Notes: generated by a model not told the origin, from the letters alone. A stretch of DNA of 64,000 nt from Occultella glacieicola (GCF_004353825.1 NZ_SMNA01000004.1:124001-188000), one strand, 5' to 3'. Shown: positions 38,326 to 48,351, counted from the stretch's first letter. Translations and numbers: made by a program.

Positions 38326-38538
38326 TCGGCGGCGCAGCCGGCCCCGTGTTCGTCGGGACTGCTAGCCTCGACCGCGTTGCCCGTTCTCAGGGCACGAGTG
38401 TGAGAGGAGGCCGCGCATGTTCGCCATGTACCGCGCCGCCCTCCCCGGGATCGTCTGAGGTTCACCCTCGACGGTCGACGGTGGGAGCGTGCGCCACTGC
38501 CAGCGCCCTCGGGCGCGCCGGACCGTAAGGAATCTCGC

Positions 38539-39489
38539 GTGCACTTGTTCTCCCCTGCCTCCCGCACTGAGGCCATCGACCTGATCTCGAGCCATACCCC
38601 CGTCCCCGACACGCCGGGTCAGCGGCTGCTCTTCGCGCAGCCGTCCCTCGACCGGCTCTTCGACAAGGGGCAGCGCGCACCCGAGCGGGTGTGGGCCCTG
38701 CGGGGCGACCCGGGTGTCGGCGGACTCATCGCCGCTCGGCTGCTCGGTGACTTCGCCCTCATCGACATGATCGCGATGCCACGAGTTGAGGCCGCGGCCG
38801 CGTTGCTCGTCGACGCGGCGACGGCGTGGGCACGCGGCTATCCGGAGGCGGAGGCCTCGTTCGAGGCGGACGCCGTAGCCGAACCACTGGCCGATCCCGG
38901 CGTGGCGCGGGTGGTCACCGCGTTCGGCAGGGCCGGATGGCGGGTCCACGTGACGCGCAGGCACTACCACGTGGCCGCGGCGGACGTCGCGGCGGCGAGT
39001 GCCGCGGTGCCACTCTCGGTCCACCTGGAACGGGCCGGCTCTGCCGACCCTGCCGACCCTGCCGACCCTGCCAGGCTGGTCGCCCTGCTCGAGCGGGTGC
39101 TGCCCGGCTCGCTGGACGTCCGCGACCAGGACCTGGTGGCCAGAGTCGGGCTCGCGCAGGCGGCCGCGGAGCAGGCCACCGACCTGCTCGACTCGGATCC
39201 GATCGAGTGCATCCGGTTCGCGGTGATCGACGGCGTCGACGCCGGCTTCGCCTCCTGGGTCGCCCTCCCGAGTGGGAGCGCGTACGTGGTCGCCGTGGGG
39301 GTCGCCGTCGAGCATCGAGGACGCGGTCTCGGCGGTGAGCTGGTCGCCGCGGCAACAAGAGACCTGGTGGCCGCGGGGGCACACACGCTGATCGCCGACA
39401 CCGACGACGACAATCTCGCCATGATCGGTGGGTTCGAACGGGCCGGGTGGCAGCCGACCTCGGCGCGCATCGACCTGACGCTCGGGTGA
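38539..39489 (+). CDS. GNAT-family acetyltransferase (tandem GNAT-like)
   Basis: VGVAVEHRGRGLGGEL, ADTDDDNLAM...FERAGW. AAGGA SD. Confidence 0.82.
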   Translation: MHLFSPASRTEAIDLISSHTPVPDTPGQRLLFAQPSLDRLFDKGQRAPERVWALRGDPGVGGLIAARLLGDFALIDMIAMPRVEAAAALLVDAATAWARGYPEAEASFEADAVAEPLADPGVARVVTAFGRAGWRVHVTRRHYHVAAADVAAASAAVPLSVHLERAGSADPADPADPARLVALLERVLPGSLDVRDQDLVARVGLAQAAAEQATDLLDSDPIECIRFAVIDGVDAGFASWVALPSGSAYVVAVGVAVEHRGRGLGGELVAAATRDLVAAGAHTLIADTDDDNLAMIGGFERAGWQPTSARIDLTLG

Positions 39490-39589
39490 GGGGACCGTCT
39501 CCGGCAGGTCAGAGAGATCTCTCCGCCAGCACGGCGACGCACCTGACGAGGGTGTCCGCATGGTGAGATCTCGACTAGCCTGAGGGCCG

Positions 39590-41041
39590 GTGTCGAGGCG
39601 AGGAGCGGGCGTGCCGGAGATGGTCACCTGGGAGTTGCGGGCGGCGTTCGCGCGCAGCCTCTCGGACATGTACGGCCGCGAGGTGCCCGCCTACACGGCG
39701 CTTCTGGACGTCGCCCACGAGGTGAACTCCGACGTGATGGCGGCCGACCCCGCCGCCGCCCAGCGACTCGGCAGCATCGGCCGGGTCACCGCGGAGCGGC
39801 ACGGCGCGATCCGCCTCGGCACGCCGACCGAACTGAGCCAGGTGGCCCGGGTGTTCGGTGCCTTGGGCATGTACCCGGTCGGGTTCTACGACCTGCGCGA
39901 CGCCGGCTCCAGCGCCATCCCGGTGGTGTCCACGGCGTTCCGCCCGGTCGACGCCGACGAGCTCGCCCGCAACCCGCTCCGCGTGTTCACCTCGGTGCTG
40001 ACGCCGGGCGACCGACGGTTCTTCTCGGCCGACCTGCAGGTCCGGCTCGAGGAGTTCCTGGGACGGCGGCGCATCTTCTCCCCGGACCTGCTCGCGCTCT
40101 CCGATCGTGCCGAGTCCGGCGGCGGGCTCGACGCCACCGGCGCCGAGGAGTTCCTGCGCCTGGCCACCGCGACGTTCGAGCTATCCCCCGAGCCGGTCGA
40201 CCGGGCCTGGTACGCCGAGCTGGAGCGGGTCTCGGCCGTCGCCGCGGACATCGGCGGGGTCACCAGCACCCACATCAACCACCTCACCCCGCGGGTACTC
40301 GACATCGATGCCCTCTACGAGCGGATGTCGGCGCGCGGCATCACGATGATCGACGACGTCCAGGGCCCACCGCGCTGGGACGGCCCGGACCTGCTGCTGC
40401 GCCAGACCTCGTTCCGCGCGCTGGCGGAGCCGCGGGCATTCCGGATGCCCGACGGCGAGATCGTCCTGGACTCACTGCGGGTCCGGTTCGGGGAGGTCGA
40501 GGCACGCGGCATCGCGCTCACCCGCGCCGGACGGGAGCGTTACGACGCCGCCATCGTCGAGGCGCGCGAGCGCGCCGACGCCGGCGGCGAACCCGACGCG
40601 ATGGCCGGGGCGCCGCGCGGTGGCGGCGTGGGCCGCGTGGGTGGCGTTGGCGGCGTGGGCTCTGTGGGTGCCGCCGGCCCGGTCGGGGCCGCCGGCAGCG
40701 CCGCGGCCGCCCACCGCCAGGGCATCCTCCGGGAGATCTGGGCCCGCGACTTTCCCCGAACCGAGGCCGAGCTCGACAGCGAGGGCCTGGCGTATTTCAC
40801 CTATGACGCGGCCGGTGCCCGCACCCCGATCGTCTACGAGGACTTCCTGCCCGCCTCGGCCGCGGGTATCTTCGCCTCCAACCTGACCGACCGCGGCGCG
40901 AAGGACAGCACCCAGGAGGCTGCGACACTCGACGCGGACTGGTTGGCCGGCGCGCTCGGACGCGACCTCCTCGACCCGTTCGACCTGTACGCCGCACAGA
41001 GCGAGGCCTCCCGCGCCCGCACCGACGAAGGGCCACGATGA
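39590..41041 (+). CDS. hglS: 2-oxoadipate dioxygenase/decarboxylase (DUF1338/YdcJ)
   Basis: LSDMYGREVPAY, ERHGAIRLG, GFYDL, STAFRP, HINHLTPR, LLRQTSFRAL, RFGEVEARG, YEDFLPASAAGIF. Start could be 39620. Confidence 0.88.
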   Translation: MSRRGAGVPEMVTWELRAAFARSLSDMYGREVPAYTALLDVAHEVNSDVMAADPAAAQRLGSIGRVTAERHGAIRLGTPTELSQVARVFGALGMYPVGFYDLRDAGSSAIPVVSTAFRPVDADELARNPLRVFTSVLTPGDRRFFSADLQVRLEEFLGRRRIFSPDLLALSDRAESGGGLDATGAEEFLRLATATFELSPEPVDRAWYAELERVSAVAADIGGVTSTHINHLTPRVLDIDALYERMSARGITMIDDVQGPPRWDGPDLLLRQTSFRALAEPRAFRMPDGEIVLDSLRVRFGEVEARGIALTRAGRERYDAAIVEARERADAGGEPDAMAGAPRGGGVGRVGGVGGVGSVGAAGPVGAAGSAAAAHRQGILREIWARDFPRTEAELDSEGLAYFTYDAAGARTPIVYEDFLPASAAGIFASNLTDRGAKDSTQEAATLDADWLAGALGRDLLDPFDLYAAQSEASRARTDEGPR

Positions 41042-42609
41042 CCACGAACGCCACCCCCGCCGTCGGGCACCTCAAGGACGCGGCCAGCGACCTGCCGGAC
41101 CCGCGCGAGGCGGCCCTCGAGGCGCTGCGGCGCCTCGGTGCCCAACTGCCGCCGGCGCCCGACGGCGCACCCTCCTTCACGCCGACGTCGCCGCTGTCCG
41201 GGCACGGCCTGTTCCCCTTGCCGGTGACGTTGCCCGAGGAGGTGGGGGCCGCCGTCGACCGTGCTCACGAGGCGTTCCTGACCTGGCGGCTGGTGCCCGC
41301 GCCGGCTCGCGGCGCGCTCGTGCGCCGGTTCGGGGACCTGCTCCGCGAGCACAAGGCGGACCTGGCCACCCTGGTCACGCTGGAGGCGGGCAAGATCACC
41401 GCCGAGGCGCTCGGTGAGGTGCAGGAGATGTTCGACATCTGCGACCTCGCCGTCGGGCTGTCCCGCCAGCTCGAGGGCCGCACGATGCCGTCCGAGCGGC
41501 CCGGGCACCGGCTCATGGAGACGTGGCACCCGCTCGGCGTGGTCGGCGTCATCAGCGCGTTCAACTTCCCGGCCGCGGTGTGGTCGTGGAACACGGCGGT
41601 GGCGCTCGTCTGCGGGGACCCCGTGGTCTGGAAGCCGTCCGAGACCGCGCCGCTGACCGCGCTCGGGGCGGCCGCCCTGCTGCGCCGGGCCGCCGCCGAG
41701 CTTGGCGCGCCGGAGCACCTCGCCACGGTGATCCTCGGCGGGCGCGAGACCGGGGAGGCGCTCGTCGCCCACCCCCGGGTGGCGCTCCTCTCGGCGACCG
41801 GGTCGGAGCGGATGGGTGCCGAGGTGGCGCCGGTCGTCGCAGCCCGGATGGGACGCACGCTGCTGGAACTCGGCGGCAACAACGCGGCGATCGTGACGCC
41901 GTCGGCGGACCTGGACCTGACGGTGCGCGGGGTGGTGTTCTCCGCCGTCGGGACCGCCGGGCAGCGGTGCACGTCGCTGCGGCGGCTGATCGTGCACACC
42001 TCGGTCGTCGACGAGGTGCTCGAGCGGCTCGCGAGCGCCTACCGCGGCCTGCCGATCGGGGACCCGCGCGAGGCGGGCACGCTCGTCGGGCCGCTGGTCT
42101 CGGCAGCCGCCCGTGACCGGATGCTCGCGGCATTGGAGCAGGCCCGGGCCGAGGGTGGCACGGTGGTCACCGGCGGCGAGGCACACGCGCTCCCGGCGGC
42201 CCCGGACGCCGCCTACGTCACCCCGGCCCTGGTGCAGATGCCCGCGCAGAGCCCGATCGTGCACACCGAGACGTTCGCGCCGATCCTGTACGTGCTCGGC
42301 TATTCCGACCTGGACGAGGCGATCGCGATGCACAACGCGGTGCCGCAGGGACTCTCCTCGTCGATCTTCACCCTGGACCAGCGCGAGGCCGAGCGGTTCC
42401 TCGGACCGGACGGCTCGGACTGCGGCATCGCGAACGTCAACATCGGCACCTCCGGCGCCGAGATCGGCGGGGCGTTCGGCGGCGAGAAGAGCACCGGCGG
42501 CGGACGCGAGTCCGGGTCGGACGCGTGGCGGGCCTACATGCGCCGCGCCACGAACACGATCAACTACTCCGCCGATCTGCCGCTCGCCCAGGGCGTCGAC
42601 TTCGGGTGA
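41038..42609 (+). CDS. ALDH family 7 (piperideine-6-carboxylate / aminoadipate-semialdehyde dehydrogenase)
   Basis: PAPARG, GEVQEM, SERPGH, ISAFNFP, LELGGNN, GTAGQRCT, SGAEIGGAFGGEK.TGGGRESGSDAW, LPLAQG. ATGA overlap with hglS. Confidence 0.93.
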   Translation: MTTNATPAVGHLKDAASDLPDPREAALEALRRLGAQLPPAPDGAPSFTPTSPLSGHGLFPLPVTLPEEVGAAVDRAHEAFLTWRLVPAPARGALVRRFGDLLREHKADLATLVTLEAGKITAEALGEVQEMFDICDLAVGLSRQLEGRTMPSERPGHRLMETWHPLGVVGVISAFNFPAAVWSWNTAVALVCGDPVVWKPSETAPLTALGAAALLRRAAAELGAPEHLATVILGGRETGEALVAHPRVALLSATGSERMGAEVAPVVAARMGRTLLELGGNNAAIVTPSADLDLTVRGVVFSAVGTAGQRCTSLRRLIVHTSVVDEVLERLASAYRGLPIGDPREAGTLVGPLVSAAARDRMLAALEQARAEGGTVVTGGEAHALPAAPDAAYVTPALVQMPAQSPIVHTETFAPILYVLGYSDLDEAIAMHNAVPQGLSSSIFTLDQREAERFLGPDGSDCGIANVNIGTSGAEIGGAFGGEKSTGGGRESGSDAWRAYMRRATNTINYSADLPLAQGVDFG

Positions 42610-42657
42610 CCCGCTCGCCGCCGGGTAGCATCTCGCCCGGAGACGGCGGGGGTGGGG

Positions 42658-43398
42658 ATGGCGGCAGGCAGGGCCGGTGAGGCGGACGAGCGCCTCGAGG
42701 TCACCGTGGTGGTCGGTGTCATCTCGATCGTCGCGGTCCTCATCGCGGCCGTGCCGCTGCTCCTGCTCGATCCGGTTGCGCACGACGGTGCGGCGCCGAT
42801 CGGCGCGATCTTCGGCATCCCGATGGTCGCCAGCGCGCTCATCATCGAGGTCGTGATGCGCGCGCACCAGCGGAACCGGCCGCTCAGCCGCGGGATGCTC
42901 TGGTGGGTGCTCGGAGTGCTGCCGGTCTCGATCGTGCTCTGCTCGATCCCGGCCGTCCTGGACGATCCCGAGTACTTCGCCTACGAGACCGGGTGGGGCG
43001 CCGTCGGCACCCTCGCCGGGATGCTCCTGCTGGCCTACCTGGGAATCCTCATGGGTGGCCTGCTCTGGTTCTTCGTGGTGTTCCCGCTCGCGCAGCTGGT
43101 CCTGGCCCTCATCGCACGGGCGCGCGGTGACAAGGAGGGGGGCAGGATCGGGTTCGGGTCCTTCCTCCTGCTGGGTCTCGCCGCGCTGATCCTGATCCTG
43201 GCCGGCTCGCTCGACGGGCTGGCTCCCGGTCGATCGAGCGGAGGCCAGATCATCGCGGCCGTCCTCGGGATCCCCGGATCCTACGAGGTCGTCTGGCCCC
43301 TCGGGCTGTGGATCGTGCGCCTGCTCCTCGCCGGCTTCGTCCTGCTGCTGTGCTGGCCGGCGATCACGCGGCGCGTGCGCGGGCGGCGCGTCGCCTGA
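42658..43398 (+). CDS. Hypothetical integral membrane protein
   Basis: About six hydrophobic segments in a clean ORF with GC3-biased codons. Confidence 0.75.
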   Translation: MAAGRAGEADERLEVTVVVGVISIVAVLIAAVPLLLLDPVAHDGAAPIGAIFGIPMVASALIIEVVMRAHQRNRPLSRGMLWWVLGVLPVSIVLCSIPAVLDDPEYFAYETGWGAVGTLAGMLLLAYLGILMGGLLWFFVVFPLAQLVLALIARARGDKEGGRIGFGSFLLLGLAALILILAGSLDGLAPGRSSGGQIIAAVLGIPGSYEVVWPLGLWIVRLLLAGFVLLLCWPAITRRVRGRRVA

Positions 43399-43416
43399 GA
43401 CGACGCGCCGCGTTCG

Positions 43417-46245
43417 TCAGGACAGCGGCCGCGGGTGCTGGAGGCGCCGGCGGACGAGCAGTAGGGCGGTGCCAAGAAGCAGGATCGCCGCGCTGGCGGC
43501 CAGGGCCGGTAGCGTGTCGGACCCGGTGGTCGGCAGGCCCGGGTCCTGGTCGGCCGGCGGAGCACCGGTCGGGTCGATGTCGGCCGGTGGGCTCGTCGGC
43601 TCGGGGGCCGCGGCCGCGACGCTGAGGGTGAACTCCCTGGTGATCGGGTCGCCCACGAACACGGTGAAGGTCACGTCGCCGGCGACCTCGGGAGCACCGG
43701 ATATCACCCCCGTCGCCGTGTCGAGCCCCAGGCCCGCCGGAAGCTCGCCCTCGAAGAGGCCCCATGTGTACGGGCCGCCGTCGCCGCCGGTCGCCTCCAG
43801 GGTGAGGGAGTACTCCTCGCCGACCGTCGCTGCCGGGAGCGACTCCGTCACGATCACCAGCGGGTCGAGCACGGTCAGGGTGCCGTCGACGTAGAGGAAC
43901 GAGTAGAAGTCGTCCACGCCGCCGCTGCAGGAGGTGGTGCCCGCGTCGACGTCGTAGCCGCACGTGGGCAGCGTGTCCAGGTCCTCGACGGTGTCGCCGC
44001 CCAGCAGACCGGTGTAGCCGGCCGTCACCTCCGGCTCAAAGGCGCCCTCATAGGTGGTCGCGTCGCTCGCGGTCACGGTGACGACCCCGCCGGAACGCTC
44101 CACCGCACCGGCGTCACAGGCCTCACCGACCAGTCGCGGGAAGCCCGGTCCGCGCTGGTCGACGGTCCCGGGGCACAGGTCGATCGTGTCCCCGTCCCAC
44201 GGCACCGAGGTGCCGGGGGCGACCAGGTTCACGGCCGGGCTGGTCGGTCCCGGGAGCGTGGTTCGCGTCGGCCCGCCGTTGTTGCTCAGCGGCTCGAGCA
44301 GTGGGTCCGCGACGACGGTGGTGCCGGCGTCGAGTGCGCAGGTGTCGTCGGAGGCCACGTTGACGCCGCCGTCGGTCAGCCCGGCCGTCTCGCCGGTGCA
44401 GGCGGGTACTCCCTCAGGAGCGTGCACGATCGACCCGATCACGGTCGGTGCGGCGTCTTGGCCCAGGACGAGCCCGCCCTCGGCATTCTGCGCGACCGTG
44501 CTGCCGGCCAGCAACAGGGTCGCTACGGGGTAGTCCGGGGTCTCGAGCCCGGCGAGGCTGATGCCGGCAGCGCCGTTGCCGGCGACGGTGCTCGAGAGGA
44601 TGCGGGCCGCGGCACCGGCCCCCGTCACGAGGCCGCTGGCCTCGTTGCCGGTCACGTCGGTGCGCACGAGCCGGACGTCCGCGAGCCACTCGGAGCCGGC
44701 GGGGGCGGCCAGGATGCCGTGGCCCGTGATCGGAAACCCGATGCCCTCATCGAGGGCGGTGCGCACGTTGTCGCGGACGGTGCTGTCCTCGAGCCGGAGG
44801 GTGCCGCCCTGGACGGACGCGCCGAGCGCGTTGCCGGAGATGGTCAGGTCGCTGCCGGTGACCGTTGCGGAGAATCGGAGCGCGATGCCTCCGAGTCCGA
44901 AGGAGGCCGCCGGCCCGTCGACGTCCAGCCCGTTCCCGGTGATCTCGGTGCCGGTCAGATCGACCGTGGTCCGTTCCGCCGAACGCGGCCGCTCGGCGGC
45001 GAAGATGCCGGCCAGGTGGTTGTCGGCGACGACGCCACCGGTGATGGTGACCTCGGCGAACTCCGCGTACAGCCCGACCTCGTTCGCGCTGAGTTCGGTG
45101 TCGGTCAGGACGGCATCGAAGCCGTCGAGGAACACGCCGCCCAGTGCCGTCGCGCCGTCGGCGTCACCCCGGTTGCGCGTCACGACGCTGTCGGTGAGCA
45201 CCAGGGTGCCGTCGCCGGTCGAGGACGTCGCGAGGATCCCGGCCCCGTTGTCGGCGACGGTGCTGTTCGTCAGCGTGACGGCGCCGCCCTCGCCCAGCAT
45301 CACGCCGTTGTCGTTGCCGGAGATCGTGACGTCGTGGCCGGTGAACGTGCCACCCTGCTGGAACACGACCCCGCCGCGGTAGGTCCCGCCCGCGGGCTCG
45401 CCACTGTCGGTGATCGCCGTCCCGGTCACGTCGAACGCCGCGTCGGGGGTGTACCCGAGCAGGCCGGCCCCGAGGCTGCCGCTCACCGTGCCACCGGTGA
45501 TCGTCGCAACGCCCGCCATCATGGCAACGCCCACGCCGGAGGTGATGATGGCGGTCTCGCCGATGGCCACGGTCACCGGCGCCGCGCCCGCACCGGGGTC
45601 CAGCACGGGGTCGCCGCCGACGACGCCGTAGCCGACGCCGGCGATGGCGGAGTCCTCGATGGTGATCGTGCTGCCGCCCTCGCCGAGCACGCCGACGGCT
45701 CCAAGGGACGACGCCCCACCCGAGATGTCGATTCGCGAGAGGGTCACGCTCCGGTCCTCGGAGACTCGGATCACCGGCCGGAACGCGCTGGTGACGTCCC
45801 CGGCCACGAGACTCAGGTCGGCGAGGGTCACGTCGCCGCCGGCATCGACGAGCACCGTGGGTGCGTCGTCGAGGCTGGTGCCGGTCAGCGTCACGTCGCC
45901 CGCGGCGGAGCCCTGCAGCGTGACCGGGGTGGTGATCGTCAGCGCCTCCGCGTAGCTGCCGGCCGCGATCGCCACGATGTCATCGGCCGTGACCCGCGTG
46001 AGTGCCGCGCCGATCGTGGCGCACGCACCCGCTTCGGCGGTCTCGCCACACTCCGATCCGTCGGTTCCTGCGGCCTGGTCGACGTACCAGGTGATGCCGG
46101 CGGCCGCTGCGGGCGGCGCCCCCGACAGCGTCAGCGCGGCCGCTGCCACCACCGCCGAGCCGAACGCCGCCAGGCGTCGGCGGAGGTCTCGATGGTCGCC
46201 CATCCGGTCGTCGTGCACGGCGGTCCGGCCTCCGGCGGTGCGCAT
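43417..46245 (-). CDS. Sortase-anchored surface protein: parallel beta-helix, choice-of-anchor Q, MBG/Ig-like domains and LPXTG
   Basis: Signal peptide, CATIGAAL/IAAGSYAE cap, repeated TISGN/TVADN strands, DPLLEPLSNNGGPT...DQRG...CDAGAVE, LPAGLGLDTATGVISG, then LPTTG + TM + RRR tail. Confidence 0.85.
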   Translation of the reverse strand: MRTAGGRTAVHDDRMGDHRDLRRRLAAFGSAVVAAAALTLSGAPPAAAAGITWYVDQAAGTDGSECGETAEAGACATIGAALTRVTADDIVAIAAGSYAEALTITTPVTLQGSAAGDVTLTGTSLDDAPTVLVDAGGDVTLADLSLVAGDVTSAFRPVIRVSEDRSVTLSRIDISGGASSLGAVGVLGEGGSTITIEDSAIAGVGYGVVGGDPVLDPGAGAAPVTVAIGETAIITSGVGVAMMAGVATITGGTVSGSLGAGLLGYTPDAAFDVTGTAITDSGEPAGGTYRGGVVFQQGGTFTGHDVTISGNDNGVMLGEGGAVTLTNSTVADNGAGILATSSTGDGTLVLTDSVVTRNRGDADGATALGGVFLDGFDAVLTDTELSANEVGLYAEFAEVTITGGVVADNHLAGIFAAERPRSAERTTVDLTGTEITGNGLDVDGPAASFGLGGIALRFSATVTGSDLTISGNALGASVQGGTLRLEDSTVRDNVRTALDEGIGFPITGHGILAAPAGSEWLADVRLVRTDVTGNEASGLVTGAGAAARILSSTVAGNGAAGISLAGLETPDYPVATLLLAGSTVAQNAEGGLVLGQDAAPTVIGSIVHAPEGVPACTGETAGLTDGGVNVASDDTCALDAGTTVVADPLLEPLSNNGGPTRTTLPGPTSPAVNLVAPGTSVPWDGDTIDLCPGTVDQRGPGFPRLVGEACDAGAVERSGGVVTVTASDATTYEGAFEPEVTAGYTGLLGGDTVEDLDTLPTCGYDVDAGTTSCSGGVDDFYSFLYVDGTLTVLDPLVIVTESLPAATVGEEYSLTLEATGGDGGPYTWGLFEGELPAGLGLDTATGVISGAPEVAGDVTFTVFVGDPITREFTLSVAAAAPEPTSPPADIDPTGAPPADQDPGLPTTGSDTLPALAASAAILLLGTALLLVRRRLQHPRPLS

Positions 46246-46334
46246 CGCAGTTCCCCCTGCTTTCAATTGTGTATCTCAGATTTCCTGAGACCGTATCGCT
46301 CATTCCCTGATACGGGAACCCCCGGCTGCCCGCC

Positions 46335-46694
46335 TCAGGCCTCGGCAGCCTCGTCGGTCGAGTGGTAGATCCGGAACACGTTGCCGTCGGGGTCCGTGAA
46401 CGCCGCGTACCGGATCGGCGGCAGGTCCATCGGCTCGACGATGAAGGCCACGGACTGCTTCCTCTCGATGAAGTAGGCGTCGACGTCGGCGACCTCGTAG
46501 AAACCGGACTGGCCGTGCGGGTCGTCGGTGGCCACGTCGAGCATCAGCTCGATCTCGGAGTCCGGGATCTTGAAGGCGGCGGTGGTCTCGCCCATCCGCC
46601 ACGCCTCGTCCCACCCGAGGGTGTCCCGGTAGAAGGTGACCGCGCGATCGAGATCGGCCACGGGCTGGTAGATCATCGTGAGTTTGAGTGCCAT
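46335..46694 (-). CDS. VOC/glyoxalase-family protein
   Basis: PVADLDRAVTFYRDTLG, YEVADVD, AFTDPDGN. Confidence 0.9.
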   Translation of the reverse strand: MALKLTMIYQPVADLDRAVTFYRDTLGWDEAWRMGETTAAFKIPDSEIELMLDVATDDPHGQSGFYEVADVDAYFIERKQSVAFIVEPMDLPPIRYAAFTDPDGNVFRIYHSTDEAAEA

Positions 46695-46700
46695 GTCAGA

Positions 46701-46740
46701 ACCGTAAATGGATTATGTTTGGCCGTCAATGGTTTATGGT
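46701..46740. promoter_or_regulatory. Twin TetR operator candidates
   Basis: ACCGTAAATGGATTATGTT (46701-46719) and GCCGTCAATGGTTTATGGT (46722-46740) are similar imperfect palindromes 21 bp apart between the divergent VOC and TetR genes. Confidence 0.6.
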
Positions 46741-46746
46741 GTCGGG

Positions 46747-47322
46747 ATGACGGACTGGATTCCGCTCCCGGGCAGCGCGAAGGCGCGACTGCTGGACGCG
46801 GCGATCGACCACCTCCAGCGTCAGGGGTACGAGGCGCTGAGCGTCCAGGCGGTCGCCCGCGCCGCGGGCGTGACCACCGGTTCGCTCTATCACCACTTCG
46901 GCAACAAGCTCGGCCTGTTCACGGTGGTCCGCGACGAGATGGACAAGCGCATGGTCGAGCGGATCGAGAGTGCCCTGGACGCGGTCGCGGTGGCCGGGGG
47001 GTCGGCCATGGAGGAGCCCGTCGGCGCCGGGCCGGTCGGCGCCGACGATGCCGTTGTGGTGGACCGGTCCGCGCTCGCGGCCGCGCTCGAGGTCGCGTTC
47101 GACGCGGCGGTGCGGTTCGGCGTCACCCGGGTGCTGGCGGAGCCACGGCCCGACGGCGGCGCGGACGTCATCGCCGCGGCGCTCCTGCGTGCAGTGCCGG
47201 GCCGGGCGGGCGCGACGGCCGCGATCCTCGCGGCGGCGTGGCGGCAGGCGCTGCGGTCGGTGGCGGACGGCGGTGACCCGGCCGACGTGCGTGCCGGGCT
47301 GAGGTGGCTGCTCCGGGGCTGA
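46747..47322 (+). CDS. TetR/AcrR-family regulator
   Basis: HTH GYEALSVQAVARAAGVTTGSLYHHFGNK. Confidence 0.92.
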   Translation: MTDWIPLPGSAKARLLDAAIDHLQRQGYEALSVQAVARAAGVTTGSLYHHFGNKLGLFTVVRDEMDKRMVERIESALDAVAVAGGSAMEEPVGAGPVGADDAVVVDRSALAAALEVAFDAAVRFGVTRVLAEPRPDGGADVIAAALLRAVPGRAGATAAILAAAWRQALRSVADGGDPADVRAGLRWLLRG

Positions 47323-47340
47323 AGTGCCAGGGTTGCGGAT

Positions 47341-48318
47341 GTGAGCGAGCGCCGGCAGCGGGTCAGTCTCACGGTCCTGATCGCGTTCGGTGCGAACCTG
47401 CTGATCGCCGTCGCGAAGTCGGCGGCGGGGGCGATCACCGGGTCGGCCTCGATGGTCGCCGAGGCGGCGCATTCCTGGGCTGACACCGGGAACGAGATCT
47501 TCCTGATGATCGCCGAGCGTCGCGCCCGCCGTCCGCAGGATCCGGCGCACCCGCTGGGGTACGGGCGCGAGGCCTACGTCTGGTCCCTGTTCGCGGCGCT
47601 CGGGTTGTTCGTGGCCGGCTCGGCGGTCTCGATCATGCATGGCATCCAGAGCCTCACCGACCCGGAGCCCGCCACGAACTTCGCCGTGGCCTACGTGGTC
47701 TTCGCGATCGCGCTCGTGCTTGAGGGCACCTCGTTCCGGCAGGCTTACCGGCAGGTGCGTCGCGGCGCGAAGGAAAGCGGCCGGGACCTGCTCGAACACG
47801 CGATCGCCACCTCCGACCCGACCCTGCGGGCGGTGTTCGCCGAGGACTTCGCCGCGGTGCTGGGCATCCTGATCGCGTCCGGCGGGGTGCTGGCCCACCA
47901 GCTCACCGGCTCCCCGGTCCCCGATGCGATCGGTTCGATCCTGGTCGGCCTGCTGCTCGGCGTGGTGGCGATCATCCTGGTGGATCGCAACCGGCGGTTC
48001 CTGGTCGGGGTCGAGGTGTCAGCGGCGGTCCGCGCGCGCGTCGTGGAGGCCCTGCTCGCTGTCCCGGAGGTCAGCCGGGTGACCCAGCTGCACATCGAGT
48101 TCGTCGGACCGCGGCAGGTGTACCTGGTGGCGACCCTCGACCTGGTCGGCGACGAGGTGGAGTCGCACGTCGGGGCGCGTCTGCGCGCACTGGAGGAGCG
48201 GATCGAGACGACGCCGAGCGTGATCCGGGCCGTGCTCACGGTGGCCGCGCCGGATGCCCCCGACCTGGACCTCGGTCTCGGGGCCCGGGCCGGCGACGGT
48301 GGCCACGCCGGGGATTAG
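47341..48318 (+). CDS. Cation diffusion facilitator (CDF) transporter
   Basis: ANLLIAVAK, AEAAHSWADTGNE, HPLGYGRE, VFAED, DAIGS. Confidence 0.92.
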   Translation: MSERRQRVSLTVLIAFGANLLIAVAKSAAGAITGSASMVAEAAHSWADTGNEIFLMIAERRARRPQDPAHPLGYGREAYVWSLFAALGLFVAGSAVSIMHGIQSLTDPEPATNFAVAYVVFAIALVLEGTSFRQAYRQVRRGAKESGRDLLEHAIATSDPTLRAVFAEDFAAVLGILIASGGVLAHQLTGSPVPDAIGSILVGLLLGVVAIILVDRNRRFLVGVEVSAAVRARVVEALLAVPEVSRVTQLHIEFVGPRQVYLVATLDLVGDEVESHVGARLRALEERIETTPSVIRAVLTVAAPDAPDLDLGLGARAGDGGHAGD

Positions 48319-48351
48319 GTTCCACCCGGGTCGTTGAATACGCTTCGGCGC

